Shown here: piece after piece, positions 40,711 through 55,879 of the stretch
Numbering within the stretch: position 1 is the stretch's first letter
Layout of the letters: each line of letters starts with the position of its first letter
Assembly (NCBI GenBank): GCA_951406725.2
Contig: OX597814.1
Span: 99,510,001-99,574,000 of the forward strand
Direction: 5' to 3'
From: Octopus vulgaris
Lineage: Eukaryota
DNA length: 64,000 bases
The notes under the pieces: generated by a model
Seen by the model: the letters and a program-made list of their open reading frames with translations, nothing else
Databases searched by the model: none
Told to the model about the DNA's origin: nothing
Translations under genes and position numbers: made by a program

Positions 40711-41538
40711 TATAACATCTAAGATTAGCGGTAGACCGATGAAAACAGACGATTGAATGTTCGCGGCTCAGGTAGTTGTGATATTACATTTGTTAAGTCA
40801 TCTATTAGTAGAATAACACACTATCGATCTGTGCACTAAAGTTAAGAAGAGGTGGGAAACCTTAACATACGAGTCCCTAAGATCGCTTCCTTGTAGTCAC
40901 TCGATCTGTTTGAAATAACAGCCAGTCCTCCTTCAAAAGTCCTAAATAATCTTAAAAGAGAAGACTGAATGCTGGAATGCTTTTAAGTCTGCTCAGTCAC
41001 GATTGATTATGGTTTAAACAACAACAATAATCCAAAATGTTTATATTTTCCTTTAGTTAGGTGAAAACGCCGTGTTCCTTACCTATCACAAAGCCTCCAA
41101 GACTAGTGGGAGGAAGGAAGGCATCTGAAAAAGCGATCCGTCCGATTGCATACCGAAGTGTGGACATTCCTAAAGGACCCTATGAAACCATTTAGGGTGC
41201 TAAACCTGGCGAATATAAATCTAATAAACCATTGCTGTTAGTTGACTATGATATGTTACATATAAGGATAGCCACGAAAATGTCTTCAATGAGAAATTGT
41301 TATTTCATAGTAGATTTTACTTTATGACCAATATACGTTCACAAAAATGATCGAAATGAGAGAAAAATGATAGGATTTCAACTAAGTAAGAATCGAAACG
41401 GCGTACATTCTATCTACTACATTTTCTATTCAGAGAACATATATTGATTTCTGCTTTTGTAAGCAATACCATTTGAGAGCATATACTTTGACAGTACGTT
41501 ATGAGGATTCTAAACTATCTACATGGCTATTACATATT

Positions 41539-41585
<47 letters not shown>

Positions 41586-42135
41586 CATACATATATACAT
41601 ACATATGTATACATACGTACATACATGCATGTGTCTGTGTGTCCGCATGTGTTAGTATGTGTTTGCGTTTTGTGCGTGTGTATTTGTCTGTATGTATCTG
41701 TGACTGTTTATCTGTTTGTGTCTCCGTGTGTGTCGTTTCTCGGTAAACTGAAGTCTATATGTCTAAATGATGGACTCGTTGACTTCATTCTTTTCCTATT
41801 TCTATTTGTTAATGTTGCAAGACCACCGCATTGAAAGAAAAGGAAGAGAGTGTGGGTAAGAGGTTGAAAGAGGAATCTTCTTACAAAAATATCAACAGAT
41901 ATCTATAGTAGTGGTCTTGGGATACAAGAACACGCAGAGAAAATAGATGGATAAGACATGTGTGCAAAACCTGTCAAGTCACATAAAAACCCCAACGAAG
42001 TTGAAAAGATGAATAAGTTGTAAGGTCAAACGCAGGTGCCAGTGGAATTCTTTTCTGAAATATAATGATAATGATGATGATGATGACGATGATGATAACA
42101 ATAATAATAATAATAATAACAGCAACGACAGCATC

Positions 42136-42171
<36 letters not shown>

Positions 42172-42454
42172 CATAATGTAAATTAAACAGTAAAAAACGC
42201 TTCCTATCATTGACAGTCGTGTATTTGAAATATGGAAGTCGAGTGTTACATATACATAAGTATGTTTATGTTTTTATTTATTTATTTTTCTTTTAAACAA
42301 CATATGCTTGTTTATCTGGAGGTATCATTTCAAGATACAGCCGTGAGGATTACGGAAAATAAGTTAATATCGTTTGACTGGAAGGGGGTTTGCCCTAACA
42401 AGGGGCATTTAAACAGTAAAGGGAGCGAGATTTTTATCCTTGCTGTCATGTTCC

Positions 42455-42555
42455 ATCATCATAATCAGCATCAGCATCATCATCATCATCATCATCATCA
42501 TAGTAATCACCATTGTCGGTGTCGGCGTCATACTCGTCGTTGCCATCATCATCAT

Positions 42556-42587
<32 letters not shown>

Positions 42588-42885
42588 TTACCCTCCTCTT
42601 TTCCTCCTCCTCACCTCTTTTTCCTCCTCTTCTTTCACCTCGAAGGAGACGGTGTCGATACCGCCACCATCACCATCATAATCGCCACCGTCGTCTTCGT
42701 CGTCGCCGTCGTCATTGTCATCATCGCCATGATCATCATCATCATTATCATCACCGTTGTCGTCATCGCCGTCGTCGTCGCCACCGTTGTCGTCACCATT
42801 ATCGTTTTCGCTGCTGACGTCATCGCCGCTGTCGTCATCCTCGTTACCAGCATCATTGTCAGCATCATCACCATCGTCATTATCT
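42455..42885. repeat. Compound trinucleotide low-complexity tract (CAT/CGT/CAC/CAA)
   Basis: Direct reading; gives poly-His, poly-Ile or poly-Val in different frames. Confidence 0.9.
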
Positions 42886-43082
42886 TAATACGTTTCTTAC
42901 CACTTATATATTCTTATTATTATTACCTATCTAGGAGTTCCGGTTTTCGTCCTGTGTTCAAATCCCAGGCAAATACTGGTACTGGTAGTATCAACTGACA
43001 CACACACATATATGTGTGTGTTTGTGCATGCGCGTGTGTGTGTGCGTGCGCGTGCGTGTATGTGAGTGTGTGTGTGTGTGCG

Positions 43083-43330
43083 TGTGTATAAATGTTAAAA
43101 ATTCACTTAGGAATAAGATACTAATGAGATATTAGTAACCTGGTTTTAGACCTCTATATTCATATATGTGTGTTTGTGCGTGTGTGTGTGTGCGTGCGTG
43201 CGTGTGTATGTGAGTGTGTTTGTGCATGTGTGCGTGTGTGTATATGTGTGTGTGTATAAATGTTAAAAATTCGCTTAGGAATAAGATACTAATATGATAC
43301 CAATAACCTGGTTTTAGACCTCAATATACA
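43083..43330 (+). repeat. Direct duplication of a ~75-bp segment separated by (TG)n
   Basis: TATAAATGTTAAAAATTC..TTAGGAATAAGATACTAAT..AACCTGGTTTTAGACCTC occurs twice. Confidence 0.85.
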
Positions 43331-43390
43331 TATGCTTCAGAATAAAGCATTACTTGAGGACAGAGCGAAATATGAAGCTGAATAAATGAT

Positions 43391-43524
43391 AAGGGAACAT
43401 GAATTACGTAAGCGACTACATTAGCTTACAGATGTTTCGGCTAAAGGATGCAGTACACTCAGCTCTAAGTATAGCAGAAGCGCTCGTTAGTTAATGTAGT
43501 TGATTACGTAATTTATCTTCCCTT
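43391..43524. repeat. Small foldback with a decayed HHR-like core
   Basis: Arms AAGGGAACATGAATTACGTAAGCGACTACATTAG and TTAATGTAGTTGATTACGTAATTTATCTTCCCTT. The minus strand has CUAACGA..GCC-GAAAC-AUCU-GUA. Confidence 0.55.
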
Positions 43525-44145
43525 GCCTTCCACTTTATAAACACGTATAAAACAAAAGTCAACTGAAAAATTAGTAATTTCACACACCCTTTAATTCCCA
43601 TTTCTGTGGATAAGGAGTAATTCAGTATAGCGGGAATCTTGAGACAAAAGGTTCCTTATTACTGATTCTTCAATAAAGATATTACACAGCTGCTGGTGTA
43701 TAAGAAATCAGGGTCTATCATAATCACAAACTAGTTCGGCCGTTCAAGATTTTGGACCTGGAGATCTCCATTTCCAGCAACTTCGAGGGCCACCTAGCAG
43801 TGGTGTCGGGCGTCAACGAAGAGCCCTCCACTACAACAAGACGACCAAAATTTTTTTTTCCAAGGTCTGGGGTCCTAGACCATCACCTGACCACCCTTAC
43901 CTGTGTTGTTGCTTAACAACAATAACAACAAACTACTTCAGGAATTCTGCATGTGTAAATATGTCTAAACCCATAATCTCCGAGTGGTATTAGTAATAAC
44001 ATGACCTCTACCATTTGTGGTTAACGTCGAACAAAGGTATTTACGGGCAGCGTGGAAGTGCTTTCCGCTTTACCAAGAATACGTTCTAAAATGATTATAT
44101 GCATCATATATGCTTCATAAGTCATATTGTAAAATTAAAAAAAAA

Positions 44146-44550
44146 CAGGAGTGGCTGTGTGGTAAGTAGCTTGCTAACCAACCACATGGTTCCGGGTTCA
44201 GTCCCAATGCGTGGCATCTTGGGCAAGTGTCTTCTGCTATAGCCCCGGGCCGACCAATGCCTTGTGAGTGGATTTGGTAGATGGAAACTGAAAGAAGCCT
44301 GTCGTATATATGTATATATATATATATGTGTGTGTGTGTGTTTGTGTGTCTGTGTTTGTCCCCCTAGCATTGCTTGACAACCGATGCTGGTGTGTTTACG
44401 TGCCCGTCACTTAGCGGTTCGGCAAAAAAGAGACCGATAGAATAAGTACTGGGCTTACAAAGAATAAGTCCCGGGGTCGATTTGTTCGACTAAAGGCGGT
44501 GCTCCAGCATGGCTGCAGTCAAATGACTGAAACAAGTAAAAGAGAGAGAG
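44146..44550 (+). mobile_element. SINE family B, full length
   Basis: CAGGAGTGGCTGTGTGGTAAG head, GGGTTCAGTCCC, CORE-like CTTGGGCAAGT, internal (TA)n(TG)n, 3' AAGTAAAAGAGAG. Confidence 0.92.
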
Positions 44551-44828
44551 ACTTCTCGAAAAAACTAACCGACATTAATTATCAATTGGTCAATAGTTGA
44601 AGCAACTACATTGTATATAACCGACTCCTATAGATATATAGTTTCTTAGAAATGTCTAATATCTTAAACGTAAATTGCAAGAATTTAGCTGTTCATTTAA
44701 GCTCATTTCCTAATGTTCCCATGTTTCCATGAAAAATTGAATTATATTAGATAGTTCAAATGTTTTACCGGAGGACAGTTTATCATGTAGTTTGGCCGTG
44801 CGGTTGTACATACATACATAGATACACT

Positions 44829-44862
<34 letters not shown>

Positions 44863-45046
44863 TGTATGTATGTATGTATGTATGTATGTATGTATGTATG
44901 TATGTATACATATATGTATGCGCGTGTGTGTGTATATATATTTACGTACATAAACACATGCGTACATGGACACACATAAGTTCTTACATACATACATTAC
45001 ACGTGCATATATATACATATGTGAGCGTGTTTCGCGGGTGCTCTGT

Positions 45047-45168
<122 letters not shown>

Positions 45169-46394
45169 TTATATATATATGTATATATTTACATATAAAT
45201 GTATATATAGTATATGATATATATATATATATATGTGTGTGTCTCTGTGTGTGTGTGTGTGCACGCGTGTGTGTGTGTTTATGTGTGTGCATATTTATCG
45301 TGTTTCAAACACGGAAATATTATATAATAACACTTGTGTTCTCGCTCCTGCTATATAGACTTTTTTTTCATGAATCGACTACTTTCTGTGTATTGAATAA
45401 ACAGTTTACTTGCAAACTAAGGCAGGTGATTCCATACAATCTAATCTCGAATTTCAAGTCAAGTTATTTTGTCATTTCTAGTTAATACAAGCTATTTCCT
45501 ACAAAAGTAGTGTACAAAAATCTGCGTTTGTATTTTGCTTTATTTTTTATGTTTCTGTATCTTGACAAAACAACTGGTACCAGCTCTATGTATTCTTGTG
45601 TAATATATATTGCTTCTCTTTGATTGCCATAATATGCTGACTCAGAAACCAACAATGCTTTTGTGAATAAATCTATGAACAATAAAATATTTCACTTTTT
45701 GCTATTATTGTTATGGAGGGTGTTATCTATTCAGCAACTTTACACAACTTAGAGATTAGCTGAAGCCTTGTTACTTTAATATCAATATCAATAGTGAAAC
45801 ACAATATACTGGTTTGGCAAATAACATTCAAAATACAAGTTAACGTATTTATCGGAAATATAAGATTTTATCTATGAATTAATAATGACATTTTAGATGA
45901 AGAGGAATTGATTATATAGCGGTTGAATTTTCGAAAATATCTATTAGTAGTTTGTCTATTCACTAATATAACTGATATTGATTCATATTGATATGATTGG
46001 TGAGTTGTTTTGCACCCAAAGTACATAAATTCGGAGAGATACTTCTGTAAAGTTTTAATTTACAGCCGATAATATAGAGATTGATATCTTTCCTGAAACT
46101 TGCTTGTTCCTGTCTGAATATTTGAGTAACAATGACTGAACAACATTCATACTTTATCTTACTGTTTCTTATTAGTTTCATTATGTATTTATTTATTTTC
46201 TCTAAACATATTCGGATTTGTCAGTATATCAGATTGCGTTGTTGCTGTTGTTGTCGCTGTCGTTGCCGTGGTGGTAGTTGTTAGTGATAACAGTGGTGGT
46301 ATTATTGATTGTAACGACAAGCCAAAATAGCCATAACTACTGCAACAAGCTAACCATTTTTATATTTCATTTTTATATTCGTGCACATACATAA

Positions 46395-46482
<88 letters not shown>

Positions 46483-47079
46483 CCATATACATATACGTAA
46501 TACATACATACGTACATATATATATATATATATACATGCACTTATTCATTCAGACATATACACAAATGCTCATGACAGAATCATAGCAGACTGTTAGTGG
46601 TCTGTGTCGACAAACACTGTGTGTACTTCTAAAAATGGCAAAGAATTCAATACCTGTGCTGTGAGGAGGTGTAGTTTCCGACATTTCGGTCTAAATACTT
46701 CTTCAGCTTTGAGATGAAAGCTATAAAAATATACAGAAGGGCTGCATGTCCTCACGAAGTGGAGAAAGAATATTAGGTTGAGAGTTAATTCACATGACGG
46801 ATAAAATTGGAATTACTGAGATGTAGAAGGAGAGGAAGGAAGACTGTTCATTTAAACCAATTGGTGCCACGTTTCAGCGTTCTGGACAAAATCTTAAGTG
46901 TGCTGATCCATGGTAACAGGAGAATGGAGTTGTTTATAGAGCTGAAGTTATGTCGACATGTAGAATAAAAGAAAAATACGCAGTCGAATGTGATCAGCGA
47001 GTATCGCAACATTTGCAAGTGATTCATATATCATATTAGTAGAGGAGTAGCATAAATTGTGTAATGGCCATTGTGTGCC

Positions 47080-47241
47080 CAGGAGTGGCCGTGTGGTAAG
47101 TAGGTTCCGGGTTCAGTCCCACTGCGTAGCAGCTTGGGCAAGTGTCTTCTACTATAGCCTCCGGCCGACCAAGGTATTGTGAGTGGATTTGGTATACGAA
47201 ACTGAAAGAAGCCCGTTGTATATGTATATATATATATATAT

Positions 47242-47324
<83 letters not shown>

Positions 47325-47553
47325 TGTATGTATGCATATGTATGTGTGTATTTACGTGTCTGTGTTGGTCCCCACAACATCGCTTGACAACCGATGGTGG
47401 TGTGTTTACGTCCACGTAACTTAGCGGTTCGGCAAAAGGGACCGACAGATTAAGTACTAGGCTTACAAAGAATAAGTCCTGGGGTCGATTTGCTCGACTA
47501 AAGGCGGTGCTCCAGCATGGCCACAGTCAAATGACTGAAACAAGTAAAAGAGT
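47080..47553 (+). mobile_element. SINE family B
   Basis: Homologous to 44146-44550 with an expanded internal microsatellite. Confidence 0.9.
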
Positions 47554-47845
47554 AGTACTGTAGCTTAGAGCTTGTGATTGTTCAATTATTAATGAAGAGA
47601 TAAGTGCTCCATCTACGGATGTAAAAGTGCCTGTAAGTGGTGGTGGTGGTGATGTGTGTATGGTGGAGCATCATGGTAATTCTTAGAGGTAATACAGATT
47701 TTTTTTGGAATACTATTTCGATGTAGCGCTTATATCAGCGACAATATGGAGTGAATACATATATACATACACACACACAGAAATACATGTATACATAGAG
47801 ACACACACGCGCACATACATACACCTACATACATACATACATACA

Positions 47846-47879
<34 letters not shown>

Positions 47880-48094
47880 AATACAAAAAAAAATACCCTG
47901 TTGATGTTGAAATTCCAATGAAGGAGCCTTGGATCTAGGTTAGAAATCGGTTCTTTCTCTATTGGCAAGAAATCTTGAAATAAACCGAATAATGACATAC
48001 ATACACTCATAAGCACATACATACACACAAACACATACATACATACATAAATACATACATACATACATACATACATACATACAGATAGACAGAC

Positions 48095-48365
48095 AGGCGT
48101 TGCTGTGCGGTAAGAAGCTTGCTTCCCAACCACATGGCTCCAGGTTCAGGCCCACCGCGTGGCACCTTCGACAAGTGTCTTCTACTATAGCCTCGGTTAG
48201 ACCAAATCCTTGTGAGAGGATTTGATAGATTGAAACCCATCGTACAGACACACACACACGCGCGCGCGCGCACACGCACATACTCACATATATGCATGCG
48301 TGTGTTTTTGTCCTCCCCCTCTGCTTGACTACCGCTACTGGTGTGTTTATTATCTTGTAACTTAG
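48095..48365 (+). mobile_element. SINE family B, partial
   Basis: CAGGCGTTGCTGTGCGGTAAG..AAGTGTCTTCTACTATAGCCTCGG. Confidence 0.8.
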
Positions 48366-48455
48366 ACTTCATGCATACACAAAAATACATACATACACAT
48401 ACGCGCGCGCACATACGCACACATATATATGTAAATGTATCTATCTATCTATCTT

Positions 48456-48516
<61 letters not shown>

Positions 48517-49061
48517 CTATCATATATATACAAATTGAGATAGGGGTTGTAAATGTGTATGTGTGTCTACGTTGAGCCGACAGACGCATTTGGCTGTAGG
48601 TAATCCTCGTTTTCTAAATGTTAAGCATCTGAGCATCTGAGAATGAAACCTCTCTACCAGAATTGGATGGCATCCAGTCCTCACAAGTTCAAACTACATC
48701 TTTTGTTATCGCTCATTTCAGGCGAAGACATGAGAAACGGGAATGAGTCTTGCTTAAGGAAGCAATACACTGAACCGTCCTTGATTCAAACACACCACAT
48801 TACTAGCCTTAGTTCAACATTCGAACCGCCATTCTACACCTCTTCATATATACGCACAGGCACACATTCATACATATATACACACCTGTACACAAGTATA
48901 TCGTGAGGTATTTTATAACTGCATTTACATGATCTAATATTTACATTGAGATATAACTTGCATGTTTCCAGGACACGTTATGTCTCCTGTTTTTATCAAT
49001 TATTTCCATTTGTAATATATTTTATCTATCGGCCTCATTTTAATTTACAGGTTCCATTTGA

Positions 49062-49430
49062 GTATGGCTTTACGGTTAAGATGCTCGCTTTGAAATCACA
49101 TGTTTTCGGGTTCGGTCCCACTGGGTGGCACGTCGGCTAAGTGTCTTCTATAACTCCTGGCCGACCAATGGCTTTGAGTGAATTTGATGGACACCGTATA
49201 AATTATATTTGAGTGAATTTCTATCTTCCGTTTGTGTTTATCCCTCACCGCTCGGTTGACAATTGGCGTTGGTCTGTTTCAGTTCTCGTAACTTAGCGAT
49301 TCAGCGATATAGACCGGTAGATTGAGTAACAGTCTTGGAAAAAGTTACGTTTACTAGGTCAATTTGATCGACTAAATCGTTTCAAGGCATTGTTGCAACA
49401 TGGCCGTAGCGCATTGACTGAAACAAACAA
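49062..49430 (+). mobile_element. SINE family B, old copy
   Basis: GGGTTCGGTCCCACTG..AAGTGTCTTCTA..CATGGCCG..GACTGAAACAA. Confidence 0.75.
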
Positions 49431-49462
49431 TTGATAAATGAAAAGATACACACACACACACG

Positions 49463-49494
<32 letters not shown>

Positions 49495-49835
49495 TATATT
49501 TGTGAGTGTGTGCGTGTGGTTTTATATCGTTTTACTGCTTTCCTTCCCCCTGTCCTTCTGTCGCTTCTCTTTTTCTGCTTTATTGCCTTCTTCTTTACTT
49601 ATCGCTTTGTGTTTTACTATCCTCTTCACCTTTCCTTTATTCTTCCTTTCATTCATATTTTATTCTGTTTCTACTTTCACTCTTTCTATTTACTTTTCTA
49701 CCCTCATTATTTTTCATTTTTTTCCCTTATTCTTTTTTTTCTTTTTCGCTTTCTTTTTCCTCATTTAACTTTATTTCATGTGTTTTTCTTTCCGCTTTCG
49801 CTTTCCCTTTTACTGCTATTCTATCCCCTATCCTG

Positions 49836-49915
<80 letters not shown>

Positions 49916-50038
49916 CATATATATATATATACATGTATATATATACATATATATATATATATGTATATATCTATCTATCTATTTATCTTTCTATCTATAT
50001 ATATATATCCATATCTATACATACATAATATATATATG

Positions 50039-50080
<42 letters not shown>

Positions 50081-50190
50081 CGAATATGTAAATATATAAC
50101 TGAGTACATGAGTGTATGTATGTATGTATGTATGTATGTATCTATCTATCTATCTGTGTCTGCATATATATGCCTGTGTTATATATATAC

Positions 50191-50246
<56 letters not shown>

Positions 50247-50358
50247 GTATATATGTATACCTATCTGTCTGTCTATCTATCTATCTGTATATGCATATAT
50301 ATATATGCCTGTGTTATATATACATACATAAATACGCACACATACATATATACACATA

Positions 50359-50389
<31 letters not shown>

Positions 50390-50932
50390 GGGGGAGGAAA
50401 GAAAGAGAGAAAGAAAGAAAGAGAGAGAGAGAAAGTGTAGTTGTGCGTGTGCATATATGCACAAACGTATGCAGCTAGTATGTAGGCTGTATCTGTTTAT
50501 GCGATTATGAATGACTATATGCATATGTAAGCGTGTATATATTTCTCTAATCTATTTATCTACATATCTATTGAACTCGCTAGCCTATCTATAAAGCGAT
50601 TCCGCCCTCCCATACACACCTCTTACCCAACTCCCCCAGCTTCCCACGTCACTACTTCATTCTACACGGAGTAACACCCCATTGACATAGTTGTGAGATT
50701 ATACTATCACAAAATGCATTGATGTTGTGCACTTTATGTACAAGTCAGGCGATTCTGATTGTACAACCTTCTTTCTCTAACACAAAGGTGTCAATACAAT
50801 TATAGCCAAAGCAGATGTTGCCTGGTTAAAGTAGTCGACCACATGAAATTGGCCGGAAGCCACCAAACTAAGGCTTGCTCTATTTAGGAGACAGGTCAGC
50901 TGCTGTCAGTCTGCTTGCATAGCTAAAAAAAG

Positions 50933-51028
<96 letters not shown>

Positions 51029-51309
51029 GTCCGTCTATCTAATCATGCATATATATATGTGTGTGTGTATATATATATACTTATTTACGAATTTATTATT
51101 ATTGTTAGTATTATCATTAGCTTCTTTATTCGCTACTGCAAATAATATTATTGTAATTACTATTTTTATTACGGGTATATATATATATGTGTGTGTGTGC
51201 TTGTGCATTTGTGTGTATGTGTGTGTGCGTGTGTGTGTATGCGTGTATATGTATATATATATATATATTTATGGAAGTATATATGAACGCACATACACAC
51301 ACATAGATG

Positions 51310-51347
<38 letters not shown>

Positions 51348-51414
51348 ATTTATATATGTATATATAATATATATGCATATACATATATTATATATATAAA
51401 TACATACATACACA

Positions 51415-51524
<110 letters not shown>

Positions 51525-53295
51525 TGTATATATGTGTGTGTGTGTGTGTTTGTGTGTATGTCTATGCCTGTGAGTGTGTGTATTTATATGTTTGTGTCCG
51601 TGTATGGAATATGTCATATAAATAGCTTTGATGTAATACGATTATTTACATTTCAGAGGACTCTTATGTAGTGTGTATGAAATTTATGTAATGCAGCATA
51701 CACTGATGTGGTTAATGCGTAGTTTTGTGCTGAACTACAGTTTCAATGAGAAATAGAAAACAGAATTTTTCTTGCTGCAGCTGATTAAACCCAGATGAGC
51801 GTTGAGTGAGTAAAATAATGCTCAAACTTACTCCAGCCGTGATCATCCAGTCCTATATATATATATACATGATATATTTATGAATGTGTTTTTGCGTTTG
51901 TGTTTGTCATCCCCTCATCGCTTGACAACCGGTGTTGGTTTCTTTAACACCATAAGGTCGCTCATGTCTGTGGTTTGGGTCCTGTATTTCCGATATTTAT
52001 TAAAGTAGTATTACTCATTGACTAATGATACTATTTTCTTTTTCTTTTTTGTTTTTGACATCACATGGATGTCACACTACCTTTTTATGTTCCGTACATC
52101 AAATATCTTAATAGTAACTTAACTGTTGGTTCACATGCGAATGACATACCTGAGTAATTTAATAGCTACCGTCTTTACTTGTAGGGTCTGGAGGAAAGTG
52201 TAGTACCCATAGCCTCGCAGGCACACCGAAACCGGTGAGATTTTTACCGTTAATATCCCGTTTAGACTATTACAGGGCGATCTCTGCTGGATTGACATAA
52301 ACAAGGATATTCCAAAGGGCAACATTCTAGGAAGGAAGGATGGATTGGTCGTATTGAGTAGCGGCTGTTGAGTGGTTTTTCTCGAGATGCAGCCCAGGAA
52401 ATCCTTGTCTGTAGCAGCAGCTCCACCATTCTAAGTATAGGGGCCTCTTATAGGTAAACATGGATTGATGTTTTAGCACATTATTTTACGATGCATCACA
52501 AATGTTGAGAGGGATTTTGTTAAACAGAATGGTTTATATAAATGGTCTTCAGTAAAGAATTGCTCACTTGTCTACCAAGTTCCTTAAATTGTCACATTAA
52601 ACCGGAGTAATTTCTCTGTCAGTTATTAGCCATAACTTATATTAATAATTAAAGTATGGAAGCGAGATGCTTTACTACTCCGATTCGCAATGATTATGTT
52701 TACTGAATTTAGTTTCATCAATGTACCTTATGAATTCATATACTATTTCCGAACCTCATACTGAAAGTAAATGATGGTGTATTCAGGATCATACCGAGTT
52801 AGTACTATTTCATTACTATTTACTTGAGTTTTTGAGAACAGAATAGGTGATACAGATTCAAATTGCTCTTCTATATCTCATTATTTCAAATTCCAAGTTT
52901 TATAAAAAATATTCTTTTCTACTCTAGGTACAAGGCCCGAAATTTTGGGGGAGGGTCTAGTCGACCACAGTATACAACTGATACTTAATTTATCGACCCC
53001 GAAGGGTTTTATAAAAATATTAAAATCCTTAATGTATACCCCGTTCTACTTATTTCCCGCCTCTTGCTCTTTTTGTGTTTCTACATTATTCCCGGTCTCC
53101 TGCTTGCTCATATCAAATTTTATCACCATCATAGCCTTCGTTCTTATTATTGTTGCTTTGTCATCATCACCGTTGTCATTGTCAGCCAATAACTGTCATT
53201 CAATTTGTCACCCGTTCTAATGACGCTTCAGATGTTACCAACATATCTGCTTCCAAACGTCAAAACGTCAATCAAAAGCAATGAGGGTTTGTCGA

Positions 53296-53375
<80 letters not shown>

Positions 53376-54801
53376 CTTTTTCTCTCAATCTCTCTTCCCC
53401 TCTGCTTTCTGATGTCATAATTCCATTGGGACTGACTTTACCATCCGTCCCCGGGCGTTTATAAGGTGAATACCAGTAATAAACTGCCACTTCATTGATG
53501 GTAAGATTGGCATGTGTCCACTGAAAATAGATTAAATATAACAAAAAAAAAACTTTTTGATGACATGTTTGTGACTAATTTGAGGGCGCTGAACCCAAAA
53601 ATTACATTTGTTTTTCCATATCACGTCAAATTTTTTGTCCTGTGATATATTTGTATTTTTTTAATAATCACCATAAAAAAAAAGATAAAAGAAAAAGTAA
53701 ACAATTCACACCTCCGTCCAATATCATGAAACAATTCTGAACTTGAAAAATGTGTTGATTAACTAAGGCATACGCTAAATAACTGCTTAAGAAATATAGA
53801 CTTAGTCACGTTTGTTGGTATATCAGTAAGTGATACATCGACCATGGAAGAAATTTTCTACTCAGAGTTTTTGACGGGTGCTTACAACTCTTATAACCGG
53901 TGGAACCTTCCACTATAGTTCTTACATATTACTTTACGAATTTTCAACAAATTCATAAAGATAGCTGTTGAAAATGAAATGTTAAGCTCATATTACAACC
54001 TAGACAACGAAGATTCTAGTGCAGTGTTTTGAGTACTTCTTGAAATCTTTTAATATCAATTTTCTAGAAATCTCTTTTAAAAAAAAGCACAAAAGAATTC
54101 CATCCTCTCTTCTCTCAAGTTTTCATAGATCAGTCATTAATTTTCTGCTTTCTATGTTGCTATTAATATCAGATTTTATTTTTCATAACCGAATTGTTGA
54201 AATATGTACGTGTACTTACAACAGTTCCTTCACTTCTTTGTGCTTTAAAAAACTACTTCATTAGGCTCTGTTTGATGTGAAAAAAAACGATGTCTCCAAT
54301 CTAGTAGTGACTTCCTTTACCAGCATGCAAGCATCTTCCCGTTGCCCGAATCTTCTGAGTTCAATGTTTCCCAGACGATAACAGCCGAGTTTAGCTGCAA
54401 GAAGGAATGAAGAGTTTCAGGTACCTTAACAAAACAAAAACCAACCAAGGCAGGGTTTAATATCCTTTTACCACGAAACATAAATATATAAGACAATGTA
54501 TCTGGTTTTAGCGATTATTCGTTATATCAACTATCGTTCTATTTCACATCATTGTATTTCAGCAAACTTCAATGAAGGAATAATGAAAGTAAGTCGTTTA
54601 ATAAAAAATGCAGAAACATCTTAATAGGTGATAACAGGAGCTAAAACCCGAATAAAAAGACATAGAGTTAATAACAATATCATTACCGATATCAATAACT
54701 GTAAACAAGGAAACTTACAAAAAATATCATATCTTACCAACAACAGTAAAACTAAAATTTACAGTTGTAATAACTATGGTAACCATACTGCAAAATTAAT
54801 A

Positions 54802-55080
54802 GGCGCAGGAGTGGCTGTGTGGTAAGTAGCTTGTTTATCAACCACATGATTCCGGATTCAGTCCCACTGCGTGGCACCTTGGGCAAGTGTCTTCTACTAT
54901 AGCCTCGGACCGACCAAAGCCTTGTGAGTGGATTTGGTAGACGGAAACTGAAAGAAGCCCGTCGTATATATGTTTATATATATATATGTGCGTGCGTGTA
55001 TGTTTGTGTATCTGTGTTTGTCCCCCTAGCATGGCCGTAGTCAAATGACTGAAACAAGTAAAAGAGTAAAAGAGAGAGAG
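54802..55080 (+). mobile_element. SINE family B, internally deleted
   Basis: GGCGCAGGAGTGGCTGTGTGG head. Deletion joins CCCCTAGCAT to GGCCG through AGCAT microhomology. Confidence 0.9.
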
Positions 55081-55154
55081 TAAACCTATGATATATATAT
55101 ATATATATAATTATCGTACCACCACCATAACCTCCACCATCAGAAATATTTTGA

Positions 55155-55435
55155 CAGGGTACTGGCACTCCGTCGGTTACGACGACGGAAGTCCAGTTGA
55201 TCCGATTAACGAAACAGCTTGCTCGTGATATTAACGTGCAAGTAGCTGAGTACTCTACAATCGCGTGTACACTTAGTAGCAGTCAGGGAGAATCAGCGCG
55301 ACACAGAATATGACAAGGCTGGCCAATTGAAATACAGGTACTATTCATTCTTGTCAGGTGAGTGGACTGAAGCAATGTGAAGCAAAGTGTCTTGCTGAAG
55401 GACATAACGCATCGCCGGTAATTGAGCTCACAACC
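55155..55435 (-). mobile_element. SINE family C
   Basis: GGCACTCCGTCGGTTACGACGA..GAGTGGACTG..AAAGTGTCTTGCT. Confidence 0.8.
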
Positions 55436-55879
55436 ATAGAAAATAAAATTATCTATAGATATTGACTTATGACTACCCTACGTAGTTCTTATTGCATTAA
55501 ATGTTTTATAATCTTGTTAGTGTAATAAAGAATTCTTCGCTATTCGACAACTGGAATATGAATGTCTATAGAATTGATATATATTTTGTTAAATTTAAGG
55601 TCAAACTCAACCTTTGGTGAAATTTTATTTTTGTTAAAACCGGACCCTAATTTAATCCTAGTGGAATACACACAAAAATTTGTCGGGAGTAGACATGTTT
55701 TAGATAACTTGCTAGTATCCGACAAGTTTAGTCATTCCTCAAGATAGTCCATTGATATGACCATAAGGATGTAATGTGAGCCAAAACGATTAGCTACACA
55801 TAATTCAAGTTTCTTTTATATGATATGTATTCCAGCAAAAAAAAACCTCTCAAGTTAATGATAGAATATGTACAGACTG

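Noticed and set aside
42232-42998. His-rich, Arg-rich and Val/Ile-rich ORFs
   Set aside because: Open in several frames and on both strands because of trinucleotide repeats; no domain or splice evidence.
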